Below are positions 7,717 through 17,031 of a DNA stretch of 48,668 nt, piece after piece. Below the pieces are notes generated by a model. The model saw only the letters and a program-made list of their open reading frames with translations, did not search any database and had not been told where the DNA came from. The DNA comes from a virus (taxonomy: Duplodnaviria; Caudoviricetes): positions 1 through 48,668 of IMG/VR virus record IMGVR_UViG_3300037467_002484, one strand, 5' to 3'. The translations under genes and the position numbers were made by a program. The first letter of the stretch is position 1; every line of letters begins with the position of its first letter.

Positions 7717-8260
7717 GGTCCAACGCCCGGAGCAGCTTGACCGCGTGGAGCGCCTGGGTCCTTGCGTCGTCGACCGCGTTGTGATGGGTCCCCTGCCGTT
7801 CCGGCATCGGAACGTTGGGAAGCAGGTTCTTGAGGGTGCGGTAGCAACGCGAGTTGAAGAAGCGCCACGGTGCCACGTCGCCGACCTTCTTGTAAGCCGC
7901 CGACAGGATAGGCAGGTCAAAGTCAGCGCCGTTGCCCCAGACCTTGACGTCCTTCAGGTTGTGGCCGCTGATCAAGCCCAGGAAGTTGTTCAACTGGGCA
8001 AGCGCTTCGCTCAAAGGAAGCCCTCCCTCCGTCGCGTGGTCCAACGTCTCCTGGGCCTCGCGGGTCTGCTGCATCCACCAGGCCAGCGTGTCCTGGTCCT
8101 CGGCCAGGCCGTGCCTGGCGCAGCTGTCGCGGCTGACGATGACGTGAAGCTCCGGACCGACGCCGGCCAGGCCGAAGGCAACGACCCCGATGGAAAGAAT
8201 CGAGCACCCAGCTTCTTTGCCAAGGGTCTCAAGATCGATCATTGCGTGTTCGTAAAGCAT
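7697..8260 (-). CDS. DEDDh 3'-5' exonuclease (DnaQ/RNase T-like)
   Basis: MIDLETLG, WGNGADFD, HNAVDDA motifs. Confidence 0.88.
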   Translation of the reverse strand: MLYEHAMIDLETLGKEAGCSILSIGVVAFGLAGVGPELHVIVSRDSCARHGLAEDQDTLAWWMQQTREAQETLDHATEGGLPLSEALAQLNNFLGLISGHNLKDVKVWGNGADFDLPILSAAYKKVGDVAPWRFFNSRCYRTLKNLLPNVPMPERQGTHHNAVDDARTQALHAVKLLRALDHAVLPV

Positions 8261-8273
8261 GGTGGTTCTCCGA

Positions 8274-9047
8274 TCAGAACTTGCAGGGACCTGCCGGCTT
8301 GGACTTCTTGTTCTTGCCGAAGCCGTAGGTCGTGGAGCTGTTGAAGTAGCAGCCGGGGCAGAACTGGTTGGGCCGCGGCGCGAACTTGGTGTCGTTGAGC
8401 AGCGGCTTCACCCGCTTCTCCCACAGCTTCTTGAGACGTGGGATGTCCTTGCGAGTGAAGATCATCGGCTCGTTCTCAGGAGGGTAGATGACGCCTTGAT
8501 CGACGTAGGAAAGGTCCGGGACCACCTCCTGACAGTGCTCGAACTTCAGAAGCACCGCCAACGCGTAGAGCTCAAGCTGCTCGAGGTACTCGTTGTTCTT
8601 GTCCTCACGGAACTTGCCGGTCTTCCAGTCGCGGACACGGAAGCGGGTCTCGGTCTCCCACCAGCCAGCGTCGATCTTGACGCGTACCCACACGTAGTTC
8701 CAGTTGTCCCATTGGGTCTCAACCCACTCCTTGGTCCAGCACCACTGCTCTTCGAACACGGGCGCCATGCCCTTGGTGCCAAGCTTGATGCGGTCCTTAT
8801 AGAGCTTCTTCAATCGCTTGAGGTCGTCGGCCACGAGCTTCAGCTCAGGGTGGACTCGCGCGGCCAAGCCCTTGATGAAGTGCTCGGCAGCTTCGTGGAT
8901 GACGGTGCCACGCTCCATCGCCTCCGACTTCGGCTCCTTCTCCTTCTTGATGTAGAGCAGAAACGCCTTGAAGGCACATTGGGCGTAACCGGAGTATCGA
9001 CTCCACGACCAGCTGGTGATTTTCTTAGGCGGCAATTTTGAGGCCAT
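8274..9047 (-). CDS. PD-(D/E)XK nuclease (RecB/Cas4-like)
   Basis: WSWSR..C, ERGTVIH, KID, DWKTGK, QLELYA, C..C..C C-terminus. Confidence 0.82.
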   Translation of the reverse strand: MASKLPPKKITSWSWSRYSGYAQCAFKAFLLYIKKEKEPKSEAMERGTVIHEAAEHFIKGLAARVHPELKLVADDLKRLKKLYKDRIKLGTKGMAPVFEEQWCWTKEWVETQWDNWNYVWVRVKIDAGWWETETRFRVRDWKTGKFREDKNNEYLEQLELYALAVLLKFEHCQEVVPDLSYVDQGVIYPPENEPMIFTRKDIPRLKKLWEKRVKPLLNDTKFAPRPNQFCPGCYFNSSTTYGFGKNKKSKPAGPCKF

Positions 9048-10995
9048 GGACCTGCTTCCCCTTCGTGTCATAAGGTTTGGTGTCGCCCCAGTTGCTGTCT
9101 GTCCAGTCGCCTTCGGACAACATAGGAACGTCGAACTCGATGCTCTCCATGACGACGCGCTGCGTCTCCATGGCGAGGTGGATGTCCTTTCTCGGAACCG
9201 ACATCACAATCTGGTCGTGCACGTTCAGGATGATGAACCACTTGCCACGCTTGCCGAGACGAGTGATCTCGGTATCGAGGCGGATGACGGCCTCCTTGGT
9301 GCAGTCGGCAGCGGATCCCTGAATGAGGATGTTAACCAGCTTGTAGTCGAACTTGACCCAGCGACCCTGGATCATTCTGGGCTCCTCACAGTAGTACACG
9401 CGGCCGCCCCAGGTTCGGATGGGCAAGCCTTGCGCTGCCCGCTTGCTCATGTCCTTGTACATCTCAGCAAGGCCGGGGTAGAGCTGGAGAATGGCGTTCT
9501 TGAGGGTCTTCGCTTCCTCGACGGTCATGTCGTTCTTGATGGCGAGCTTGGGAGCGCCCATCCCGTAGATCAGACCAAGGTTGGTGTTCTTCACCGGCTT
9601 ACGTGCGTAGAAGAGACCGTAGTTCTCCAGCTCCGCCTTCGCGTAGTCGTGGAAGTCGATCCAGGGGTTCTCGTTGTACTTGTCCATCAAGGCGCCACCA
9701 TCGAAGTGGGCCAAGATACGAGGCTCCTGCTGGGAGTAGTCGCGATCGGTCAGCACGTGGCCGTCGAATGGCGTGATGTAGCCGCGGCACATGGGCAGCG
9801 ATGGTAGGCCCTTGATCGGGCAAGCCGGCAGCTTCTTGGCATCCTTCGGATCCTCGGCCTCGTGCTTGAAGATGGGCGAAAACTCCTTCGGCATGTTCAT
9901 GAACCACGTGGCGCTGAGGCGTCCGGTGCGCGTGCCAGCTGAGTCGTTGCCCTTGGGCGCCTTGACTTGGTTCCACGTGGTGAAGATCCGGCCGCCGGAG
10001 CGCTCGGCCATCTCCAGCCACGAGTGCATGAAGATGTTGAGGCACGTCTTCAAGCCGGCCCGGTAGCGCAGCACAGCGAGCAGCGACCGATCAGTCACCG
10101 CTTCCATGAGCGCGTCCTTGTTCGTCTGGTACTTGCCTGTCTTGGTCACACCGAGGCTGGCCTCGTCTGCCACGCCCGACTTGAGCATCGCCTCAACGAG
10201 CTGCGGTCCAGAGTCGAGATTGATGTCAGCCGGCGCCTTGATGCGCTTGATGATCCACTGATCAACGGTCTCGGCCCACTTGTCGAAGATCTTCACATCG
10301 GCGCGCAGACGCTTCAGGTCAACTTGAACGCCCACACGCTCCATCCCCAGGAGGATGGGAAGCAGCTTGCGCTCACGGTCGTAGGCGTCGCCCATTCCGT
10401 TCTCGTGGATCCGAGGGAACAGGAGGTGGAAAATCTTCTCGGTGCGAATGGTGTCGCCGTCGGCGTAGGGCCCTACGACGTCCCCAGGAGCCAACGCGAT
10501 GTAGGCGCCTGCGTAGTTATCGCCTCCCTTGCCCCTGGTCATCTTGATGCCCTGGTTCGCCAGGGGCTGGTGCTGGATGAGCCACTCAACGACGTCGTCG
10601 CGCTCCTCGGCTGGCATGTCCAGGAGGCGGACCGAGGACTCCTTCAGGCCGAGCTCCTTCTGGTGTGGATCATCCAGGAAGAGGAGCAGCATGGTGTCGT
10701 GGATACGATGCCACTCTGGTACCTCGAGACCGAACTCCTCCTCGGCAACGTCGACGTCGAATTTGCCGTTCTGAAACAGCAGGCCGTCTTTGTGATGGTA
10801 CGCCGCTTCAAGCGCTGCCTTTGCTTCGCCCCAGCTGCAGTTGTTGCCTTCAGGATGGCCCCACGCGTAGTACCGGGCCTTCTTGCCGAAGTACTTGATC
10901 GAAACGCCGACAGCCGCAGGCGGATAGTCCGGCCGCGGCTTGATGGGTAGCGTCTCGAAGTCGACGGTGACCGGCTTGGGCACCTTGATCTTCAC
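9025..10995 (-). CDS. Family A DNA polymerase with 3'-5' exonuclease domain
   Basis: Exo DFET / NGKFD / YADGD; TGRLS; motif A DYSQQEPR; motif B RKPVKNTNLGLIYG; IQGSAAD; motif C VHD. Confidence 0.95.
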   Translation of the reverse strand: MKIKVPKPVTVDFETLPIKPRPDYPPAAVGVSIKYFGKKARYYAWGHPEGNNCSWGEAKAALEAAYHHKDGLLFQNGKFDVDVAEEEFGLEVPEWHRIHDTMLLLFLDDPHQKELGLKESSVRLLDMPAEERDDVVEWLIQHQPLANQGIKMTRGKGGDNYAGAYIALAPGDVVGPYADGDTIRTEKIFHLLFPRIHENGMGDAYDRERKLLPILLGMERVGVQVDLKRLRADVKIFDKWAETVDQWIIKRIKAPADINLDSGPQLVEAMLKSGVADEASLGVTKTGKYQTNKDALMEAVTDRSLLAVLRYRAGLKTCLNIFMHSWLEMAERSGGRIFTTWNQVKAPKGNDSAGTRTGRLSATWFMNMPKEFSPIFKHEAEDPKDAKKLPACPIKGLPSLPMCRGYITPFDGHVLTDRDYSQQEPRILAHFDGGALMDKYNENPWIDFHDYAKAELENYGLFYARKPVKNTNLGLIYGMGAPKLAIKNDMTVEEAKTLKNAILQLYPGLAEMYKDMSKRAAQGLPIRTWGGRVYYCEEPRMIQGRWVKFDYKLVNILIQGSAADCTKEAVIRLDTEITRLGKRGKWFIILNVHDQIVMSVPRKDIHLAMETQRVVMESIEFDVPMLSEGDWTDSNWGDTKPYDTKGKQVHGLKIAA

Positions 10996-11222
10996 TTGGT
11001 ATCCTCCGAGATGGCGGCTGCCAGCTCCTCGCGTTCGCGCTCGGCACGGAGCTTGTTGATGCGTGAGTGGATCCGCTCGGCGAACTTCTTGCGCTTGCGC
11101 CCCTTGAGCTCTTCACGAAGGAGCTTCTTCAGCTCGTCTTCGTCCGTCAGGTTCATGACCGTGTCGTTGAGGCTGACCCAGGACTGGAGGGCCGGGTTGG
11201 TGACTGACTTCTTCTTGCTCAT
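10992..11222 (-). CDS. Hypothetical protein
   Basis: GGAG RBS; GTGA overlap with polymerase start. Confidence 0.7.
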   Translation of the reverse strand: MSKKKSVTNPALQSWVSLNDTVMNLTDEDELKKLLREELKGRKRKKFAERIHSRINKLRAEREREELAAAISEDTK

Positions 11223-11277
11223 TGCGGGCTCTCCGAACCCGGGCCTCGTCATGAGACCCGGGCGCTCAGGGTTGGGA

Positions 11278-12138
11278 TCAGTACTTCTTGCGAGCGGTCT
11301 TGACCGGTGCCTTCTTGGCCGCCGGCTTGCCCTTCGCACCACCCTTGCCCTTCGGCTTTTCTTCCTGTTCCTCGGCGTCGAGGTTGTACGGCTGCTCGAT
11401 CAGCTTGCGCGCCTCCTCGTGGCGCTTGATCAGCACCTCCATCAGATCCTCGTCGTCCAGCTCCTGGATCGCCTCGAACTGGACCTTGAAGGTGGACTTC
11501 GCGTCCGGGACCACCTTGATCTTGGTGACCACTGCGAATGGCGGGCGACGCAGCGCGCCGGCCAGCTGCTTCACGTAGAGCGCCCAGGCCGTGGTCGACG
11601 TGGTCGGCAGCTTGAGGAACGCCGGCTGGGCGTCCTCGTAGTGCTCGACGTCGTCGATGAACTTGAACTCGCCCTGCTTGGTGAACGTGCCGGCCGGAAT
11701 GCAGAGCAAGCGGCGCTTGTTGGCGCAGGCCTTGCCGCGACCACGCTCGGCGGTGCCGTACTCGTTCATCGGGCAGCCGGCGCACTTGTCGTGCTGCTGC
11801 TGGCCACGCTCCACGACATTCTTGTGCGGAGCGATCGTTTCGTCTCGGCCGAAGGCAAAGCACACCGGCGGTGTCGGGTTGTCGGCATCCCAACCGGTGC
11901 CGTAGTGGATGTTCTCGAGCACGTGGTCCAGCACGATCACGGCCATCTCGTTGCCTGGCATCGCCTGGTCATCGAGGCTGAGCACGCCGGACTTGAGGCT
12001 GAAGGTCTTGAGACCGGCGCCGGTGTTCGCCTCGGTGGCCGCAGCCTCCTGGGCGTACTTGGCGAGCTGCTCGTCCCACTTGGCCAGGCCGGTGCCGGGC
12101 GTCTTCTTGCTTGCTGCTTTCTTGGTGGCGGTTGCCAT
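11278..12138 (-). CDS. Conserved replication-module protein, possibly ssDNA-binding/annealing
   Basis: 286 aa upstream of polymerase; C..CP.N..G....G.GKAC motif; charged tail; function inferred from position. Confidence 0.7.
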   Translation of the reverse strand: MATATKKAASKKTPGTGLAKWDEQLAKYAQEAAATEANTGAGLKTFSLKSGVLSLDDQAMPGNEMAVIVLDHVLENIHYGTGWDADNPTPPVCFAFGRDETIAPHKNVVERGQQQHDKCAGCPMNEYGTAERGRGKACANKRRLLCIPAGTFTKQGEFKFIDDVEHYEDAQPAFLKLPTTSTTAWALYVKQLAGALRRPPFAVVTKIKVVPDAKSTFKVQFEAIQELDDEDLMEVLIKRHEEARKLIEQPYNLDAEEQEEKPKGKGGAKGKPAAKKAPVKTARKKY

Positions 12139-12155
12139 GAGTTGGGTTCCTGTTC

Positions 12156-12386
12156 CTACGTAGGTTGACGGTCATCCGAACCCGCGGCCGCGGGCTCTCG
12201 GATCTGGTTGCGACGCTCCAGACTGCGCGTCAGCTTCTCCTTGAGATGCTGCATCGTGATGGAGCGACGATAATGATCGAGGAGCGGATCAAGATCCAGC
12301 TCCTTTGTGTTGACGGAGCAGAGCCGACCGATCTCTGCCTCAACCAAGGCGTGGAGCGCCTTGACTTCATGATCGAGGAACTTCAT
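12156..12386 (-). CDS. Hypothetical protein
   Basis: ATG 12386 two nt after upstream stop; fills the gap. Confidence 0.55.
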   Translation of the reverse strand: MKFLDHEVKALHALVEAEIGRLCSVNTKELDLDPLLDHYRRSITMQHLKEKLTRSLERRNQIREPAAAGSDDRQPT

Positions 12387-12388
12387 GA

Positions 12389-12841
12389 TCACACCTTGGT
12401 CAGGGAGACCTTGATGATGTTGAACGTGCCGACGCCCGGAGGAACATTGCCCTCGTCGAACATCGCCTTGAGCACCGCCATGTCGATCGGAGGCGGAGCC
12501 GAGGAGATGAGAGCTCCCCACTTCTTGGGGTTCTTCTTGATCGCTGCCCGGAGCTTGCCCTCGTCCTCGATGCGCGGCACGGCCTCCTTGACAACCGACG
12601 CCCGAGCGACCTTGCCGGCCACGCCCGACGCCTCGCCCTTGGGAAGGGCGTTGATCAGGTGCTCCTTGAGCAGCTTCTCCTTCTCGCCGATCTCAGTGGC
12701 CTCGCGCTGAACCTCCAGGCGCTCGGCGCGGAACTCGTACGCCATGTCGGCACAGGCGGCCAGGGACTTCGGGATCTTGAGCTTGACTTCCTTCTTGCCC
12801 TTCGGCTTGGTGGGCTTGGCGTCGGTCTTCTTGGCGGTCAC
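12389..12841 (-). CDS. Hypothetical replication-module protein
   Basis: GTG start with AAGGAG RBS; strong phage codon bias; ends PPGVGTF.IIKVSLTKV. Confidence 0.75.
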   Translation of the reverse strand: MTAKKTDAKPTKPKGKKEVKLKIPKSLAACADMAYEFRAERLEVQREATEIGEKEKLLKEHLINALPKGEASGVAGKVARASVVKEAVPRIEDEGKLRAAIKKNPKKWGALISSAPPPIDMAVLKAMFDEGNVPPGVGTFNIIKVSLTKV

Positions 12842-12852
12842 AGTAGCTCTCC

Positions 12853-13161
12853 TTAGTTGAGCTGTTCGATGCGGGCGACACGGTGGCGAACCTTGCGTGT
12901 GCTGCCCTCGGGAGTGCGGACCAGCGGCTCTTGGCCGACGATCACGCGGATGACGACGTAACCCGCCCAGATGTTGGTCTGGAAGGGCTCGGAGCAGACG
13001 ACCACGCCGTTGCCGGCAATGTACCAGCGCAGGAAGTCTTGGTGGTCGTCCTCGAAGTGGATGATCTTGACGGGCTTGAGCTTCTTCTCGACCTCGGTGA
13101 AGTCGAAGGTCCGCTTGGCGTCGGCAGCCCGGATGACGTTGTGGATGGGGCGCTTGTCCAT
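12853..13161 (-). CDS. Hypothetical protein
   Basis: Tightly packed ORF with phage codon usage. Confidence 0.7.
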   Translation of the reverse strand: MDKRPIHNVIRAADAKRTFDFTEVEKKLKPVKIIHFEDDHQDFLRWYIAGNGVVVCSEPFQTNIWAGYVVIRVIVGQEPLVRTPEGSTRKVRHRVARIEQLN

Positions 13162-13164
13162 GGC

Positions 13165-13476
13165 TCAGCACTCGTGGATCAGCTCGCCGTACACGTCATG
13201 GGAGCCGGTCAGCACCATGACGTATCCAGCAGGTTCGCTAGTCGGCGATTGATTCGGGAAGTAGGCATTCAGGTCGCCCAGCACATTGCGGGCCTGGATC
13301 TCCATCTGACGGTTCGCCTCGGACAGCGTGGCCATCAGGTCGTTGTGTCGCTTCTCCGCAGCGTCGATGACGGCAGACTGGGCGTTCACGTACTTCGTCC
13401 GATCGAACTCGGTGAGCACGTTCTGGCGGTACGCGGCGACGATGGCGCCGGTCTTGATGTTGACGATCTTGATCAC
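13165..13476 (-). CDS. Hypothetical protein
   Basis: GTG start, GGCTGAGGAG RBS, GTGA overlap. Confidence 0.7.
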   Translation of the reverse strand: MIKIVNIKTGAIVAAYRQNVLTEFDRTKYVNAQSAVIDAAEKRHNDLMATLSEANRQMEIQARNVLGDLNAYFPNQSPTSEPAGYVMVLTGSHDVYGELIHEC

Positions 13477-13718
13477 TTGGGTGTCTCCTCAGCCTTGGTG
13501 GGTTCCTCTCCGAACTTGGAGAGGATGTCGAACATCTTGGTCCTGACCGCTCGCTCAGCGTCACGAAGATCCCTCTGAGTCACCTCATCGGGCAGGCTAC
13601 GATGCCGCTGTTCAGCCTCGTTCCTTTCGTTGATCAGGACCTCGAACCGGAGTAGGGCGTTCTGAAGACGGTCGCGCCGCGTCATCGCCTTGGGCCTACG
13701 GTTACGGAAGCTCTTCAT
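13473..13718 (-). CDS. Hypothetical protein
   Basis: GAGGAGG RBS. Confidence 0.65.
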   Translation of the reverse strand: MKSFRNRRPKAMTRRDRLQNALLRFEVLINERNEAEQRHRSLPDEVTQRDLRDAERAVRTKMFDILSKFGEEPTKAEETPK

Positions 13719-13729
13719 GGCCGTCCTCC

Positions 13730-14428
13730 TCAGCCGTGGTGCGAGATGCGGCGCGTTTCGAACCCGTCCACGCCGCGGTAGAGACTTTCCTTCGAGCCGG
13801 CCTCGTAGCCGAGGCCGAGGCCGAGGCTGCCGACCTCCTTCTGTTGCTGCTTCGCCTCGCCCAGCTCGCCGTACGTGGTCTTCTGGTAGAGATCCAGCTT
13901 CTCACTCAGCTCCTTCATGCCAGAGAACTCGACCACCGTCGAGCGGATGGCCTGCACCCAACCGAGTGCGAAGCCGTCTCCCTCAGCGGCCTTCTCATCA
14001 CGGCTGTACCAGTCGGGCAGCGTGGCGAGAAACTCACGGCGCTGCTTGACGAGCCGAGGCATGAGGACTGCGTAGGCGTACTCCGCCAGCTTCAGCTGCG
14101 TCTTCAGCCCCACGAGCGTCCACGTGCCGAACACGTCGCGAGCGTACGAGTTGGAAGCGGCGAACAGCACGCGGAATCCGAAGGTCTTCGCCAGCAGGTG
14201 CATGAACGCCTCTTCCCAGTTCTTCGTGCGTGAGACGGACACCTTGCTCTTGATGTCCAACTCGCCAATCTCCGCCAGCTCCAACGTCTGATGGTCGATG
14301 TTGTACTTGTCCATCAGCTTCTGCGCTTGGCGAAGAGCAGCGGCGGCCTCGTGTGGCTCTGCCGACTTGCTGAGCGCTAAGCACTTCTGAACCTTGTCGA
14401 GGACGCGGTCAAGTTCAGTCTTCTCCAT
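13730..14428 (-). CDS. DUF2786-domain protein
   Basis: LDKVQKCLALS.S.EPHEAAAALRQAQKLM signature; F..GW and GY.AG motifs. Confidence 0.85.
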   Translation of the reverse strand: MEKTELDRVLDKVQKCLALSKSAEPHEAAAALRQAQKLMDKYNIDHQTLELAEIGELDIKSKVSVSRTKNWEEAFMHLLAKTFGFRVLFAASNSYARDVFGTWTLVGLKTQLKLAEYAYAVLMPRLVKQRREFLATLPDWYSRDEKAAEGDGFALGWVQAIRSTVVEFSGMKELSEKLDLYQKTTYGELGEAKQQQKEVGSLGLGLGYEAGSKESLYRGVDGFETRRISHHG

Positions 14429-14431
14429 GGC

Positions 14432-14710
14432 TCAGCCCTCCACGTTCTCAGCAGGAAACAGCATTGCCCACGCCTCATCCCAGTCGTGCGGCTTGAACGC
14501 CGACCAGTCCGTATTCTGCTTGTACGCTTCCATCGAGAGGATGAGGTGGCCACGCGGCACGTCGTCGACAGTGACCACGTTGTAGCCGCGTTCGCGAAGA
14601 ATGTCGCTCGCAGCGCCTTCCTTGTTGAGAAGGCAGATGTCCGACGCTGGCTTGCTCTTCCAGTTGTTGTAGGCGTTGGCAAGCATCATCTTCACGTTAG
14701 ATTCGTTCAT
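14432..14710 (-). CDS. Hypothetical early protein
   Basis: ATG 14710 downstream of the promoter at 14746-14787. Confidence 0.65.
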   Translation of the reverse strand: MNESNVKMMLANAYNNWKSKPASDICLLNKEGAASDILRERGYNVVTVDDVPRGHLILSMEAYKQNTDWSAFKPHDWDEAWAMLFPAENVEG

Positions 14711-14745
14711 GGTCTCAGCCTCAGCGTTAGCTCGATCGTGAAGCC

Positions 14746-14787
14746 ATTCTAGACCGCGTTTCCACATTTGTAAACAGGTATTTTCAA
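14746..14787 (-). promoter_or_regulatory. Sigma70-type promoter TTTACA-17-TAGAAT
   Basis: -35 at 14774-14769, -10 at 14751-14746; TTGAAAATACCTGTTTACA matches the 5952-5970 copy at 18/19. Confidence 0.82.
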
Positions 14788-14792
14788 ATTAT

Positions 14793-15698
14793 TTAGCGAT
14801 CGTCCTCGTCTCGGAAGCCCAGAAACACAGGGAATCGCGGCCGGTCCTTGGAGCCCGTGGGGAAGTACTTGTACTTGACGTGGAGGCCGATGAGACCAGA
14901 TCGAACCTTCCAGAGATTCATCCGTTCAGTAGTGGTGAAGCCGGCGCCGATCTTGAACTCGACGCCGTCCTCGGTCTTGACCACTAGTGCACCGAGCATC
15001 TGCATACCTTGCTTGCCTGCCTTGGCCGATGACCGCTCTAGTTGGCCGAGCGCGTTGCGTGTCGCTTCGTTGCCGTTGTGCATGAACTCCTCGAAGCCGA
15101 TGATCCTGGCCTCAGCGTCCATGAACCGCTTCAGCTTGACCAGCTTGCCCTCGCGCACCGACGACCGGCCGAACTTGTAGGTCCCGAACGGGTCGCGGAT
15201 CATGGCGCCCTCGTAGCCGCGCTCCAACCAGTCTTCCTCGAGGCGCTGAAGACCGACCTCGTCGTTGACGTGCTCGTGCCAGACCGGATGCACCCGATCC
15301 TTGAGAGGCCGGATCTTGTTGCAGGTGGTCTTCAGCCGCTGGATCATCTTCTTGTAGCGGTGAATGAACGCGACGCCAGGGTTCGAGAAGTCGTCGAACA
15401 CGTGGAACAAGACGTTCGGCTGGCCGTCGTAGGCCATGACGCCGGAGACCGTGTTGCGGTAGCACTTCGGATGGGTGGCGTCGCCGACGATCAGCTCGCC
15501 ATCCAAGCCGTTCAGCTCCATACGACCGAACAGGTTCTGCGTGTAGGTGTTTCGGATCGGCTTCAGGTTGCGGGTCAGCGCGACGCCATCGATCACCACG
15601 AGCCGGACGCCGTCCAGCTTGGGTGACATCACGCACGGGAACTTGGGCAGCTGGCCGGGATCCAGAGATCCAGCAAGCATGGGGCGGAAGTCGCTCAC
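14793..15698 (-). CDS. lig: ATP-dependent DNA ligase
   Basis: PMLA, KLDGVR (KxDG), LDGEL, GYEGAMIR, KLKRF, RFPVF; GTG start overlapping upstream stop. Confidence 0.92.
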   Translation of the reverse strand: MSDFRPMLAGSLDPGQLPKFPCVMSPKLDGVRLVVIDGVALTRNLKPIRNTYTQNLFGRMELNGLDGELIVGDATHPKCYRNTVSGVMAYDGQPNVLFHVFDDFSNPGVAFIHRYKKMIQRLKTTCNKIRPLKDRVHPVWHEHVNDEVGLQRLEEDWLERGYEGAMIRDPFGTYKFGRSSVREGKLVKLKRFMDAEARIIGFEEFMHNGNEATRNALGQLERSSAKAGKQGMQMLGALVVKTEDGVEFKIGAGFTTTERMNLWKVRSGLIGLHVKYKYFPTGSKDRPRFPVFLGFRDEDDR

Positions 15699-16537
15699 AG
15701 CTTGATTACTCCATTCTCGATGAGGTGGCGCGCTTGCACCCACTCGGAATTGAAGTTGGACGGGAAGAACTTGGGACTGGGCAGTCCGCTTCCGCAGCTG
15801 GGCCTTGCGATGGCCTGGTGCTCGAACGGAGACGCATGCATGGGATCGCCACTCAGCTTCTTCACCGTGTTGATCGCCTTCTCGACGTCCGAGCGCTGCG
15901 ACTCGTCGAACGGCTTGTAGCTCACCCACGCGCAGCGCGCCGCCGACAACGCCAGCAGCATCCGCTGGTTGTACATACCCGCCTCCTCGTCGGAGATGTA
16001 GGGCGGGTGCCACTCGTTGCCGATCAGCTTCTTGGGCTTGTTGACGATCATCTGGTTGCGCATGAGGACGGCGAGCTCGTGGAACTCCGGCTGAGCGTCG
16101 GGATGGCAGCGCAGCTTGAAGAAGTTATCCCACTCGGTGCCAGAGATGACGCCATGCACGTAGGCGAACGGCTCAAGCATCCGGTTGGCGTACTGCTTGT
16201 GGACGCCGAGCTCAGCGAGCGATGCCGCTGCGTGCGCTGCCTGGATCGCCGCCTGGCGCCAGCGGGTCTCAGCCCTGAGCGACTCCTCTTCCTCGAGCGG
16301 GTCACCGCCCTGCATGCCCGGCTTGTTGCGTGTGAACGCGTGCGGAATGAAGGGATCGGCGCTCACCTCCTCGATGAGACGCGACACCGGGACCGCCCGG
16401 CTCGACCGATAGTTGCGGCTGAGGACGCGATGTGTGTTGACCTCAGCGAGGATGAACCGAGGGAAGCACACCTGGAACGTGGTCAGGCGCGACAGGCCGT
16501 TGAACGAGTCGGCGATGATGATAGCGGAGGTCTTCAT
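15695..16537 (-). CDS. thyX: Flavin-dependent thymidylate synthase ThyX-like protein (phage variant)
   Basis: PRFILAEVNTHRVLSRNYRSSRAVP (variant RHR-x7-S motif), HKQYANRMLEP, FFKLR, AQPEF, HASPFEHQA. Confidence 0.78.
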   Translation of the reverse strand: MKTSAIIIADSFNGLSRLTTFQVCFPRFILAEVNTHRVLSRNYRSSRAVPVSRLIEEVSADPFIPHAFTRNKPGMQGGDPLEEEESLRAETRWRQAAIQAAHAAASLAELGVHKQYANRMLEPFAYVHGVISGTEWDNFFKLRCHPDAQPEFHELAVLMRNQMIVNKPKKLIGNEWHPPYISDEEAGMYNQRMLLALSAARCAWVSYKPFDESQRSDVEKAINTVKKLSGDPMHASPFEHQAIARPSCGSGLPSPKFFPSNFNSEWVQARHLIENGVIKL

Positions 16538-17031
16538 TGCTGGCCCTGCTCCTGGCAGGCGGCGTCAGCGGCTTGGCCGAACGCGGCGCTTGGGACGAGA
16601 CGGACGGGCGTGCCGCCGATGTCAGGTGAGACGTACTGGTTGAGCTGGGTACCGCTCGGGTAGTCGAACGAGGCGATGCCAAGGAACCCAGCCGACTGAG
16701 GCGCGTGGTGGTCAGCCTGGCACTGCACCAAGAGCTCGATCAGTCGAACAGTTCGGACCTGCCCGTCCGGAGACCGCTCCCCGACCTTCAGGGTCACTCC
16801 GAGCCAGGCCCCTCGGTTCTGTGTGGCAAACCAGTAGAACGCGTCTTGGTTCGCGCCTATGAACTCCCAATCGCGATGCTGACCGGGCGACCACTCGGAC
16901 ACTGAGTCCTCCGGATCGTCGTGACCAGCGGCCTTGGCAGGCTCGGGCATGATCAGCGCAACGATGAGCAGGACGAACCAGATGATGACGAACACCAGGG
17001 CTGGGTTGAGACGACGGATCAGGCTACGCAT
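16534..17031 (-). CDS. Exported/membrane-anchored protein, surface-adhesin-E-like pattern
   Basis: N-terminal hydrophobic segment with AKA-A cleavage-like site; two Cys, the last near the C-terminus. Confidence 0.65.
   Translation of the reverse strand: MRSLIRRLNPALVFVIIWFVLLIVALIMPEPAKAAGHDDPEDSVSEWSPGQHRDWEFIGANQDAFYWFATQNRGAWLGVTLKVGERSPDGQVRTVRLIELLVQCQADHHAPQSAGFLGIASFDYPSGTQLNQYVSPDIGGTPVRLVPSAAFGQAADAACQEQGQQ

Noticed and set aside
8274-9047. Cas4-like nuclease as a sign of a CRISPR system
   Set aside because: No repeat-spacer array or other cas genes seen; solo PD-(D/E)XK nucleases are common beside phage polymerases.
11238-11268. CCCGGG...CCCGGG hairpin as a terminator
   Set aside because: No U tract on the coding strand; at most a pause or processing hairpin.
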